DNA from: Amoebophrya sp. A120
Lineage: Eukaryota > Protista > Dinoflagellata
DNA length: 64,000 nucleotides
Reading direction: 5' to 3'
Assembly (NCBI GenBank): GCA_905178155.1
Contig: CAJINV010000004.1
Coordinates: forward strand, 280,969 to 344,968
The notes below the pieces were generated by a model, which was not told the origin of the DNA, did no database searches, and worked only from the letters and a program-made list of their open reading frames with translations. Every line of letters begins with the position of its first letter. Positions within the stretch are counted from its first letter, which is position 1. Both the position numbers and the translations under genes were made by a program. Below are positions 36,201-44,000 of this stretch, in pieces.

Positions 36201-39200
36201 GCCGTGTTTGAGGGTTGACCACCCACCGCGCAGCCGTGCTTGCAAGTTTGACCATTCACCGCGCAGCCGTGTCTGAAGTTTGACCATTCACCGCGCAGCC
36301 GTGCGTGCAAGTTTGACCGTTCACCGCGCAGCCGTGTTTGAAGTTTGGCCATTCACCGCGCAGCCGTGCTTGCAAGTTTGACCATTCACCGCGCAGCCGT
36401 GTTGGAAGTTTGACCATCCACCGCGCAGCCGTGCTTGCAAGTTTGACCACTCACCGCGCAGCCGTGTTTGAGGTTTGGCTATTCACCGCAAGGCCGTGCT
36501 TGCAAGTTTGACCATTCACCGACCGCGCAGCCGTTTTTAAAGTTTGACCCGTCACCGCGCAGCCGTCCGCGCTTGCAAGTTCGACTATTCACCGCGCAGC
36601 CGTGTTCGAAGTTTGACCATTCACCGCGCAGCCGTGCTTGCAAGTTTGAACATTCGCCGCGCGGCCGTGTTTGAAGTTTGACCATTCGCCGCGCAGACGT
36701 GCTTCCAAGTTTGACCATTCACCGCGCAGCCGTGTTTGAAGTTTGACCATTCACCGCGCAGCCGTGCTTGCAAGTTTGACCATTCACCGCGCAGCCGTGT
36801 TTAAAGTTTGACCCGTCACCGCGCAGCCGTCCGCGCTTGCAAGTTTGACCATTCACCGCGCAGCCGTGTTTGAAGTTTGACCATTCACCGCGCAGCCGTG
36901 CTTGCAAGTTTGAACATTCGTCGCGCGGCCGTGTTTGGAGTTTGACCATTCACCGCGCAGACGTGCTTGCAAGTTTGGCCATTCACCGCGCAGCCGTGAT
37001 TGACGTTTCTGCCCTTGCCAAACCCAAAAACCAAAAAAAAAAAACGAAAAATCGCAAACGCGAAACCAATCCCGCGGGTCCCCTCTCGTCTCCCTTTTTT
37101 TGGTTCTCTGCAAAACCTCAAAACTTCCCCCGCTCAATGCTAGGAACTATAATAGGAATGCTGCAGTGCAGTTCTGAGATCTTTCTATAGAATATTGAAA
37201 AAGCCGCGGCCTCGTCGTTGCTTACTAGAATCCCCACCTGACGTATCGCAGGAAGAACTGACAACTACACAGCTGCACTTTTTTGCAGGACCCAGATTTT
37301 GCAGCGCGCTCATATTTGGTCTGCATGAAAGGAAGAATCTTTAGTGCACACGCAGAGATTATGATAAGGGAAAAAGTGCAGGAAACTGCCTCCCTTAGCA
37401 TTTCCCGGATGATGCAGCTACCTGTGTGCTTGGTTATTCTGCGTCGCCAGGTGTAACTGTAGTAGGATTTTCTTTTCTGCATATAATGCCACCATATTGA
37501 AATGGCGACACCTACAAGAATGGGGTTTCGGTAGACTCTGTGCGCATTTGGAATCGCGATGAAACAGCTGACTGGTGGTCGCGACGCAGGCGGACCTCAT
37601 TGGGCGATCGACTGAGTTTTGGAAGCATCACGATCTGGGAGGCAAAAAACGGTGCAGTGGCCGGCTCCGGGCTGTTTTACGATCAAAACAACAGGCTGCC
37701 GGCCTACGAGATCTTCGGGCACGCTAAACCTGAAGACGACCTGGAGGGTTTGGACGCAAGTGATCAAAAGCAGCACGTCGCGTGGAAATCACAAAACTAT
37801 GGCGACGTTGGCGGCATTGGCCAAATTTCCAGTCGCGGCACGGTTGTCAAGGTGGACCGCACGAACGTTGGGAGGCTTCGCATTACACAGGCCTACCGCC
37901 GTACGCAAGTGTCAGAACCGAGACGACAAACAAGTACAAAAAATTTGTAATGGATAAAACCCAAGAGCAAGCAGGTGAAACGGTAGGCCTGCACTAATGG
38001 AGAGCAGGCAAACAACGCCGGGCTTTACCCTCTTTAGCCTTAGAAATAGAGCTGCGACTGGACATGATAAAGTCTTCCTTGACCTAAGCTGCGTGACAAA
38101 TTGGCCGCAGGCGCTTCCAAAATTTGTCGCGCTCGGCTTAGAGACAGGCGGCACGACTGGCATCTATTGTATGCTTGCTCGCTTGAACTTTGTCGATTTC
38201 GTTCGTGGCGCTTCCATACGCTCGGACCACTGTCTGCACGACCAGTGGGATGAGGCCAATAGAAACCGGCTATGATCTGCAAAAGTATAGCACCAGTAGG
38301 ACCAAGCCATGCTCCGGCTAGCGCGTGGGCGCACGGCCGTACGACGGGGTCAGAACCATTTGCGACGCGAACGGAACACCGCGAGAGAGATCCGCGCAAC
38401 ACATTGGAGGGGCGCGCGACGGTTGGCTGCACCATGTGGCCCCGCGAGGGTGTCTGCGCGCTTTCCGCGTCTTTGGCGCCCGTCGCACGAGGTGGCTGCC
38501 ACGAACACTCGGGGCGAACAGAGGACGCCGCAGGCAGCGCATCCACCAAGGCGCTTCTTATTTACTCAACTGCCCACATCACTCTCGGCCTATTCTCACA
38601 CGCCACCCATTCCTTTTTTTGTTGTTGTGCCCCGTCCCTGGGTATGACAGAAGGACGTGTGATAGTGGGCACGAGCGATGGGCCCGGGACGTGGTGCGGG
38701 GGAGCGAGGTAGGCGGCAAATAAAAACTCTGGGCGCTCAAGTGTTTCGCTCTGTGCTAAGGCAGGGCCGATACGGAGTCGGCCCCTCCCCTTCCATGCGA
38801 GTCGCGGGACTTCCGCCCTTTCGCTGGCCCTCTTTTCTACCTCTCTCATGGTGCGCGCCTAAAAATGGTCCGGGTATACTCTGGAATGGAGGCCGGCAAA
38901 GGTGGTGGCCGACAGGTCGCCGAGAAGGTCTCCGCAGGTGCCTCCCTGTCGCTGGCCCTCTTTCTACCTCTGCACCCTCTTGCCCCGAACCAAGAAGGGC
39001 TGTGAGTGGGCCCTTCGGCGGGCTATACTGGCGCCACCCCTTCTGGGCCCCCCTCTCAAAAGGCCTTCCGCGTCCCCTCCCCCATCTTCGTCGACCTCTT
39101 TTGATAATCTGGCAACCAAATGCGCGCGCCCAAAACTGGCAGCCAGCTGCGGGCGGTGAAAGTGTGCACGTCGCTCGGGCCACCTGAAAAATGGAAAAAG

Positions 39201-41082
39201 AAAAAAAAATGCGCAGAAGAGCAATCCCTCCGCAGGCTTCAAAACTGCCCGTCAGATGCGGGCGGCGAAAATGTGCAAAGCCCTTCGGTCATCTAAAAAC
39301 TTGGAAAAAAAGGAAAAAGTAGCAAAAGTCGAGAACCCTTGGCAGGCTTAGAAGCTGGCCACCACGGGCGGTCCGGCGGGGCGCGCGCTTTCGCCATACC
39401 ATCGCGATTGGGAAAAAAAACAAGTGCAGTAGAAAGGGGCGGGGGTATGTCACAAAGCTCCCACTTGCCCTGGGTTGTGGGCAGAAATTCGGCATCTTCC
39501 CCGGGTCTGAAGTGGCCGACTTTGGTGGCCCAGCAAGGTTCTTTGGTTTGCGGTTTCCCACATACCTTCCTGGCCCGGGGGCCGGTTCGTCACGCAGGGG
39601 GCAGAAAGGATGCCCCGCGGCGAAGGAGGATGGGCCCCCCCCGCCAAGTACCTTCCTGGCCCGGGGGCCAGTTCGTCACGCAGGGGGTAGAAAGGATGCC
39701 CCGCGGCGATGGAGGATGGGGGGGTCCGGGGGGGGGGCTTGCCCCTTTCGGCCACATACCTTCCTGGCCAGGGGCCAGTTTGTCATGCAGGGGCTAGAAA
39801 GAATGCTCCGCCGCGAAATAGCCGGACTTCGCGGGCCGCGGGGAAGTGGTGGAGCCCGCGGCGGCCCGCAGGCTCCTGCGATAGACTTTGAATAGAAACC
39901 CGGAAGCCCCCGATGACCCCAATGGGCGTCGTGTTTGCTTTCAACTTGTGCTACACACTAAAACTAGAAGCGTCGACTGACATCCCGCCCGGCCGCGGCC
40001 ATGTTCTGGAAGCGACACACGTGGGCCCTAGTCTGCTCAAGAGGAAGAAGTGGGATTCTAATTCAAAAGAAATGGCGCTGGCAGCCGCGCGGCGAAAGCG
40101 CGGCCCTAGGGCCGCGCTTTCTCCGCCGGGCCGGCTGGTTTGGCTTTCGCGCTGGTTACATTTTCGCCGACGCATTTGGTTACCAATGTCGCCCTCCGGG
40201 GTCGATCTTCATGCTTGAAGTAGATTGCAAGTACCCTTATAATACTTAAAGTAGATTGCACTCACTCGAGCAATAGGCTCGGTAGCGTGGAAGCGAGTAT
40301 TCCGCTAGAATGAGATTTGTAGCGCATACCCGCCATCACAATTGGTGCGAGCGCGATACTTTTGCATCCGATGCCGGCGTATCAACCACAGCTTTGTTTT
40401 CTGGGTCTGAAGAATGCAGGAAACTTTTGTGTTGTTTCCATTGCATGCGTAGCGAGAACTGCAATACACGTAGAGCGCCACAACTTTGCGGAGGCTTCTC
40501 CATGCCTAGCCCGCATGAAAAGTGCCCTGTCTTTGTGAAAAAATGCGACAACATTCACGATGACTACGTGAGACAGATTTCTGCAGCTGTGTTTAAAAAT
40601 CAGCATTACAAGCTTGCACTCTTCCAGACCCATACATGCTCGCAATGTATACGGCTGTGGGATGCTGGAGAGAGAGACGCCGCGGTTTATGCAAACGAGG
40701 AACACTCGCGGCGGCGACATTACACCGTGTGCATATGCAGAGAAAATAGAAGCGCCACAGCTACTACACATACTTATCGTCTATGTAGGCCAAGCAAAAC
40801 AGCGAAGGTCTGTCACGCTGCTTAGATTATGTGCTCAGGAGCTCATTAGTTGTCTCATGCGCTTTCTATTCCCCATCTCTCATGGGAGCATCTGCATTTA
40901 GTTGCATTTTCTTTCTGTCATGCCAAGAAAGTCTGTGCTGCCGAAGTTAATTACTATAAGTGTGTACCTGCTGTGGCACTTACACTTTGTTTTTTGGATA
41001 GGGCACCAAAGACACCTACTATATGACGATTTGCGGAATCGAAATTTTCAAACCCGTAGAAATACCGCAATCACCGCGATAG
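262..41082 (+). CDS. Gene 1 (5'-partial): large Cys-rich multidomain extracellular/adhesin-like protein (VRCC modules, PAN/apple-like, kringle, two F-type-lectin-like domains), about 45 exons in window
   Basis: Manual model, removing each TA..TA element plus one 5-bp TSD. Exons: 262-329, 617-670, 966-1022, 1270-1473, 3477-3939, 4333-5153, 7476-7594, 7860-7938, 8266-10219, 10467-10504, 10619-10687, 10966-10993, 11253-11277, 11623-11668, 11996-12085, 13339-13427, 14764-14782, 15023-15134, 15387-15421, 15577-15605, 15888-15933, 16268-16311, 20412-20472, 20767-20812, 21165-21317, 21564-21582, 21906-21947, 23098-23105, 24487-25442, 25651-25779, 27265-27604, 27763-27842, 28189-28263, 28689-28756, 29304-29344, 29572-29623, 29798-30040, 30362-30391, 30632-30960, 31311-31352, ~37501-37901, 38224-38270, 40379, 40657-40733, 41006-41082 (TAG). 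Translation is colinear with gene 2. Junction 31353-37500 is unresolved; 13428 and 25443 are tentative. Confidence 0.85.
330..611. mobile_element. Introner, degenerate family A
   Basis: TA..TA ends; removal restores AMAC|PDG (paralog SPVCPDG); TSD decayed CGTGT/CTGAT. Confidence 0.7.
671..960. mobile_element. Introner, family A
   Basis: TATCAAATGC...TTCCAGACCCAGAC..GCATA; TSD GGTTG/GGCTG. Confidence 0.85.
1023..1264. mobile_element. Introner, family C
   Basis: TATGGA...TCCATA; TSD GAACA/GAGCA. Confidence 0.85.
1270..1473 (+). CDS. Gene 1 exon (GCSMRV..NYRAYYNRAYMKP)
   Basis: Aligns to gene 2 GCSFRI..NWRTFYNRAYMAP. Confidence 0.85.
1474..3471. mobile_element. Introner, family B, expanded by GC-rich nested sequence
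   Basis: TSD TCAAG/GCAAG; removal restores RIK|YRL. Confidence 0.75.
3477..3939 (+). CDS. Gene 1 exon (PHTYIRDRPGGCYCS..CHFNNGGF)
   Basis: Within ORF 3279-3950; aligns to gene 2 PHTYIRERPPGCYCS..CHFNNGGF. Confidence 0.9.
3940..4327. mobile_element. Introner, family E
   Basis: TATC..GATA; perfect TSD CTCGC. Confidence 0.88.
4333..5153 (+). CDS. Gene 1 exon (LRCCSD..LRLCT..DCGFHGRHIWT)
   Basis: Within ORF 4287-5165; homologous to gene 2 from about 51470 to 53520. Confidence 0.9.
5154..7470. mobile_element. Introner, family A, with nested insert 5379-7428
   Basis: TIR TATCAAATGTAAAAGTGTCTGGGTCTG / CAGACCCAGACATTTTTGCATTTGATA; TSD CGCTC/CTCTC. Confidence 0.9.
5620..7107. repeat. Tandem array of a ~92-bp hairpin-forming unit (about 15 copies)
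   Basis: Unit CAGCTGGCCCCTAGGCCATGACGCGGGGACCGAGTCCCCGCGCTGGCCTAGGGCTTTCGCCCCTTGGCCGCACGGTGTCCGGGAAGCGCTCA. Confidence 0.95.
7595..7854. mobile_element. Introner, family A (opposite orientation to 54223)
   Basis: TATCAA..TTGATA; TSD TGTAT/TGTAC. Confidence 0.9.
7939..8260. mobile_element. Introner, family B
   Basis: TATGGAACTGTCAGGATCGAAA / TTTCGATCCTGACGATTCCATA; perfect TSD CGGAT. Confidence 0.92.
8266..10219 (+). CDS. Gene 1 largest exon
   Basis: ORF 8293-10233 (646 aa); homologous to gene 2 exons between 53390 and 58440. Confidence 0.95.
10220..10461. mobile_element. Introner, family C
   Basis: Perfect TSD TGTTC. Confidence 0.92.
10505..10613. mobile_element. Minimal 109-bp introner (D-like)
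   Basis: TATCC..AAAAAACAACCAT / ATGGTTGTTTTTT..GGATA; perfect TSD GCGAA. Confidence 0.92.
10688..10960. mobile_element. Introner, family A
   Basis: TSD CCCTG/TCCTG; removal restores HSAL|RGSPT. Confidence 0.88.
10994..11247. mobile_element. Introner, singleton TIR type
   Basis: Perfect TSD GTGGT; removal restores VW|SDD. Confidence 0.88.
11278..11617. mobile_element. Introner, family B
   Basis: TATGGAAGCG / CGCTTGCATA; TSD decayed AAAGA/GCCGA. Confidence 0.82.
11669..11990. mobile_element. Introner, family A
   Basis: TSD CGCGA/AGCGA. Confidence 0.85.
12086..13333. mobile_element. Introner, family A, with nested insert 12327-13277
   Basis: Perfect TSD CGGAA; removal restores KVEPE|THKLIL. 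Confidence 0.9.
12785..12958. repeat. Array of a ~16-bp GCATGACAGGACTTT unit
   Basis: About 11 degenerate copies, read directly. Confidence 0.9.
14783..15017. mobile_element. Introner, family C
   Basis: Perfect TSD GACCT. Confidence 0.92.
15135..15381. mobile_element. Introner, family C
   Basis: Perfect TSD ATTGG. Confidence 0.92.
15422..15571. mobile_element. Introner, family B (short)
   Basis: Perfect TSD CGACG. Confidence 0.92.
15606..15882. mobile_element. Introner, family D
   Basis: Ends TTTTTTCTTGCGATA; TSD CAGAA/CAAAC. Confidence 0.8.
15934..16262. mobile_element. Introner, family A
   Basis: TCTGGGTC / TTCCAGACCCGGA TIR; TSD CAGAC/CCGAG. Confidence 0.8.
17368..19960. mobile_element. 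Non-autonomous TIR element with 8-bp TSD (hAT-like)
   Basis: About 81-bp IR at 17371-17451 / 19877-19957; TSD AAAATTTA at 17360-17367 and 19961-19968. Confidence 0.88.
18760..19820. repeat. Degenerate ~58-bp G-rich tandem repeat
   Basis: GGTGGGTGGGTAGGTCGGTAGGCGTGGCCAATAGGCAGCGCACGCTCG repeated. Confidence 0.9.
20072..20290. mobile_element. Family D element nested inside another introner
   Basis: Perfect TSD TGTCT; reverse-complement homolog of 62547-62757. Confidence 0.9.
20473..20761. mobile_element. Introner, D-like
   Basis: TATCCTAAAAAAAAGC / GCTTTTTTGTAGGATA; TSD GCGAC/GTGAC. Confidence 0.88.
20813..21159. mobile_element. Introner, degenerate family B
   Basis: TSD GTGTC/GTGCC; removal restores YRGC|QD. 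Confidence 0.8.
21165..21317 (+). CDS. Gene 1 exon, kringle-like core (CQDF..QCDYWS)
   Basis: Joins upstream HYRGC and downstream HNYCRNPD in frame. Confidence 0.85.
21318..21558. mobile_element. Introner with 26/27 TIR TATAACAGGCYCAGATGTCGAATTCAA
   Basis: TSD AGGCA/AGACA. Confidence 0.92.
21583..21900. mobile_element. Introner splitting NYCR|NPD
   Basis: TSD TGCCG/TGCTG; TIR weak. Confidence 0.85.
21948..23092. mobile_element. Introner, family E, expanded
   Basis: TATCACATTGAAAAG / CTTTTCAAAGTGATG; TSD decayed. Confidence 0.78.
23106..24478. mobile_element. Foldback (whole-length palindromic) TIR element, 8-bp TSD
   Basis: TATGAACGTGCAAAATGCAAAAGGGGTCAACCTAAACAGAGAAG IR; TSD CTACACGG; symmetry centre near 23790. 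Confidence 0.92.
24487..25442 (+). CDS. Gene 1 exon (CCTLFRKDACD..QQVEIRGSLIRQ)
   Basis: Within ORF 24459-25571; homologous to gene 2 from about 59500 to 61740. Confidence 0.9.
25443..25645. mobile_element. Probable introner (GCGT-rich TIR)
   Basis: Imperfect IR; TSD not recognisable; frame restored by removal. Confidence 0.6.
25780..27259. mobile_element. Introner, family D, with nested insert
   Basis: TATCGC..GCGATA; TSD CTTGG/GTTGG. Confidence 0.82.
27265..27604 (+). CDS. Gene 1 exon, F-type lectin-like domain (CSH..HNRGDCCQERL)
   Basis: Within ORF 27229-27708; carries an H-x28-R-x-D-x4-R motif. Confidence 0.88.
27605..27757. mobile_element. Introner, family F
   Basis: TATCCACTGCAAAA / TTTTGCAGTTCATA; TSD CGAAT/CAGAT. 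Confidence 0.8.
27843..28183. mobile_element. Introner, family B
   Basis: TSD AAGGG/AAGGA. Confidence 0.85.
28264..28683. mobile_element. Introner, family A
   Basis: Perfect TSD GCATC. Confidence 0.9.
28757..29298. mobile_element. Introner, family B, with nested MITE
   Basis: Perfect TSD TTCCG. Confidence 0.9.
28930..29147. mobile_element. Nested palindromic MITE, 8-bp TSD, related to 23106-24478
   Basis: CAAAATGCAA / TTGCATTTTG..GTTCATA; TSD GCGCGCGA/ACGCGCGA. Confidence 0.8.
29345..29566. mobile_element. Introner, family F
   Basis: TSD TTGGC/TCGGC. Confidence 0.8.
29624..29792. mobile_element. Introner, family D
   Basis: Perfect TSD GTCGG. Confidence 0.9.
29798..30040 (+). CDS. Gene 1 exon
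   Basis: Open frame between two TIR elements, phase-consistent on both sides. Confidence 0.78.
30041..30356. mobile_element. Introner, A-like
   Basis: GCAAATATGTC / GACATATTTGC; TSD TGTGG/TTTGG. Confidence 0.85.
30392..30626. mobile_element. Introner, family C (inverted relative to 15135)
   Basis: TATGGCGTTCTCA / TGAGAACGCCATA; perfect TSD CGAGG. Confidence 0.93.
30632..30960 (+). CDS. Gene 1 exon
   Basis: Open frame between two perfect-TSD elements; continues into RRAWWQVTL. Confidence 0.8.
30961..31305. mobile_element. Introner, singleton TIR type
   Basis: TATGAA..TTCATA; perfect TSD GAAGC. Confidence 0.88.
33820..35705. repeat. Tandem repeat, ~450-bp GC-rich unit (about 4 copies plus a fragment near 32520)
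   Basis: CCCGCGCGGCCAGCTCGTG.GGATTC recurs near 34219, 34684, 35125 and 35576. Confidence 0.92.
36072..36998. repeat. Minisatellite of alternating 32/33-bp monomers
   Basis: AAGTTTGACCATTCACCGCGCAGCCGTG followed alternately by CTTGC or TTTG, about 27 monomers. Confidence 0.95.
37244..37483. mobile_element. Family D-like element within the unresolved large intron
   Basis: TATCGCAGGAAG / TTTTCTGCATA; TSD TGACG/TAATG. Confidence 0.6.
37501..37901 (+). CDS. Gene 1 exon, second lectin-like domain (VDSVRIWNRD)
   Basis: ORF 37540-37950; the 5' boundary is uncertain. Confidence 0.7.
37902..38218. mobile_element. Introner, family B
   Basis: TSD CGCCG/CGCTC. Confidence 0.8.
38271..40373. mobile_element. 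Introner, family F, with nested insert
   Basis: TGCAAAAGTAT / ATACTTTTGCA; perfect TSD CCGGC. Confidence 0.85.
39564..39815. repeat. Three tandem copies of TACCTTCCTGGCCCGGGG..GTCACGCAGGGG..GAAAGGATGCCCCGC
   Basis: Read directly. Confidence 0.85.
40380..40651. mobile_element. Introner, family A
   Basis: TCTGGGTCTG / TTCCAGACCCA; TSD CGGCG/CGGCT. Confidence 0.85.
40734..41000. mobile_element. Introner, family D
   Basis: TSD GTGCA/GGGCA. Confidence 0.82.
41006..41082 (+). CDS. Gene 1 terminal exon (TKDTYYMTICGIEIFKPVEIPQSPR*)
   Basis: MTICGIEIF echoes YITICGLQFF that closes the first lectin-like domain; TAG at 41080-41082. Confidence 0.8.
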
Positions 41083-44000
41083 GAAGTGCGCACCATGAAG
41101 ATCGATTTCCGTTCGCAGTCGACTGATGTGCCACAATTGTCGCAAGTACTTAAACAGGAAAAGCTGGACAATTTTTGCGCGCGTCGTTTTAAATAAATAA
41201 AGGAAGGGCAGTGCTTATAAGCATATTATACTTTTGGCGTCTCACTTTTTTTTGCAACATCAAGAAGAAAGAAAAGCAAGCACTAGAGCACTGGCAGGGT
41301 ATTTTTCAGTACATCAACCAATCAAAACTGAAGCAGTCGTGGATAAGCTAAATGCAAATACGTTATAATCTCATCTATCTCGAGAATTATAGATACGCGT
41401 AAAAGTGGCTCTGGTTTTTCGAAGACGGCGCACTTTGAAAGAAGCGATAGAATTCGCAGTCTGCCAGCACCCCATGCTTTTTTTTGGCGGAAGGGGAACG
41501 CCGCCGACGCACTCAAGATTAGAAAAGAGCCGGGTCTTCAGATGCATTCCGTCATTGCTATCCTGCTGCGCGGTTGCTGCATGTCGCTTGACACGGCTCT
41601 GTGCTACGTTAGGCTTTGGCGAAGCACTGATTGCACTCCCAAGCTACTCACTCTACAGACCCTATTTTGCAGGGCAGGCGTCACCGTCAATCTGATAATA
41701 TGGAATATAAGTAAATGAAAGCAATGCTTTTATTTATTCATGTCGTTCTAAACGAACCAATAGCAACAGAAATTCATTTTTACGGTCGTGTACAATTTTG
41801 CAAGATGCAGTAAGCGGCCACTTCTTCGTAATTTTGTAGCTGAGTTTCATTTACTTATTTTGGTAGATAAACAGGACGCATCAAGTATTTTTTTTCCGGA
41901 CTGGCCCTGACTGACGTTGCGCCAACAGTGTGTATATTTTTCGATGCGTTTTTTTTTTTTTTTTCAATTACTTGCCCATGGTATTATTTTGGCGCTCATT
42001 GTTCCAAGAAATTTTCTAGTATCTCGAATAGTCTTAGTTAGTGAAAGGCTTATTTGTGGCTCCCGCTCCCGCACTTCTATTGTCATTTGGACATCAGCTT
42101 CGTAATCTGCACTCAGCCTGGAAGTCAGAAGAATGATGCGCATTCGCTGCTTGTAACAGCGTCAAGCAGTCGTCAGTCCATTGCGAGTCGCGTAGAGAAC
42201 AAGTACGAGCAAGCTTGTTGGGTCGCTACTTGTAGTCGCACTTTCTGGAGTTGGTGACTCGGAGTACCATCTATCACTACCATGTAGAGATGTTTATTTT
42301 TGTAGCAGAACGAAAGCCACCAGCACCAGCTCGTCCGTGAGGATTTCGTATGTAGTGAGGTCACCGAACGGTTCTAGCCGGGGAGTTTTTTTGACAGCCA
42401 GACAGCAAAACGGCCGTCAGCTTTCAAGCGGGTGGAAGTGTTTTTGGACATAAAACATTTTCAATTATCAAGCGGGCGGGGCTTTGCCGTCAAACAAGCC
42501 CGAGCCAATTCTATCGATTCGCACTGGATAAAACGACGCTGGGGAGCCGGCAAAAGGGGCGCCCTTTTGAGGCGCCCGCCGCCTTGGTTTCTGGCGATTT
42601 GGGGCGCCCAAAAAGGGGCGCGCAAAAAACGCGCCCAAAATCAGAACAGCGAAACAGCATGGCGCGGCCGCGATTTCAGAGCATTTTGGGCGGCCGCGAA
42701 AGCGGCCGCCTGTTCGCCGGTTTCAGAGCCTGGGAAGCTTTGCAAAAAGCGCCGGCGTGAAAAATAAAAACGCGAAAAAGAAAAAGCGCCGAAGAGGCGC
42801 AATGCCAATCCGCATGCTATGGGCCCGATTTTTCTTCGCTTTTTGGGCGCCCCCCGTGGCACCCGGATCGGCCCCATAGCATTGGGGCTGGCCTTCGGAA
42901 AGGAATTTCGGAAATTTGCCAAAATTTGCGACGTTTATCAAGCGGCCGCCATACCGTGCGGCCTAACGTTACTCACGGCGGTATGGCGAGCCCAGAAAAA
43001 GCAAAGCCGCGGCCAAGGCGGTGGCCGGCAAGAAAACGCCCACGACCTCACTACCTCCGCCCCGGCGGCTATATTTGGTACTATATCGGAAGTCCTTATC
43101 ATGTTGCGACTGCGGCTCACTGTAGTGCGACCTAGAAGCTGCACTTTTATCACGGGATTTCCTACCGGGGAGACAGTAAGTTGTAGCGTTCTTTCATCTT
43201 TGCTACAAGGCCGCAGCTTATGTCGCGCAGTGGGAGGGTGAACGAGTAAACAGGGGGGAAAGAAAAACGCCAGACGGTGGGCAAGGGAAAAAAAATTTTT
43301 AATGCAGGGCGGGGCCAAGCTTCTGCGCCGTTCTTGCTCAAAACACGAAGGCGGAGCGCTACAGCCGCCGTGGTTCCCGTCGTTGCGCAAGCGCGAGGAC
43401 CCCGCCCGCATTGGGCGCGCGTTTGTGTGGCGGCAAGCCTTAGGCCCAACAACGCTCGCAAAGCGCGGCAGCGGGCGGGCGCCCGCGGAGGGGGAATGGA
43501 AGCAAGGGGACAGCCCGCGCCATACGCGGCGCTGGCGCGCGACGCCCCGCCCGCGCGTCTGCTGTGTGGCCCCTCCGTGTCGCCTGCCTGTGCGCCCCGC
43601 CCCTGCACGCCTTGGCGCCCCCGCCGCCACACTCTTCTCTCTCGCGCGGCCTTTCAGAGCAGCGGCTGCCTGGGGCCCCTGCCGTGCGCCGCGCGTTGAT
43701 AGAGGACGGGCGCCGGGGGGGGGGCATTGCTTTCCAAGGGCGGGGGCCCACCACCCTCCCCCCCGCACCCCCGGACCACAGCTGCGCCCCGCGCGTGAGC
43801 TGGCGAGCTCTTTCGCCTCCGCCCCCTTTGTGTCTTGGCAGCCTTCTAGAGGCGGCGGCCGGCGGCGCCCTCTGTCTCCCACCAAGCCCCCTCGCAAACA
43901 GAGGGAGGGCGTCGGGGGAGGGTGGTGGGCAGCTGCCCGCCTGGTGTTTCCCGCGTTTGTTTCCCGTGTTGCCCGCTTGCCTCGCGCTTCCCGTTGTCCC

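Larger units (their letters stand above)
31899..37119. mobile_element. About 5.2-kb repeat-filled insertion with imperfect terminal IRs
   Basis: GAGGTTTTG..AAAAAAGGGGAG vs CTCCCTTTTTT..CAAAACCTC; no TSD recognised. Confidence 0.55.

Noticed and set aside
36072-36998. CRISPR-like regular 28-bp repeat
   Set aside because: Only 4-5 nt non-unique linkers, no spacers, no cas genes, eukaryotic context; it is a minisatellite.
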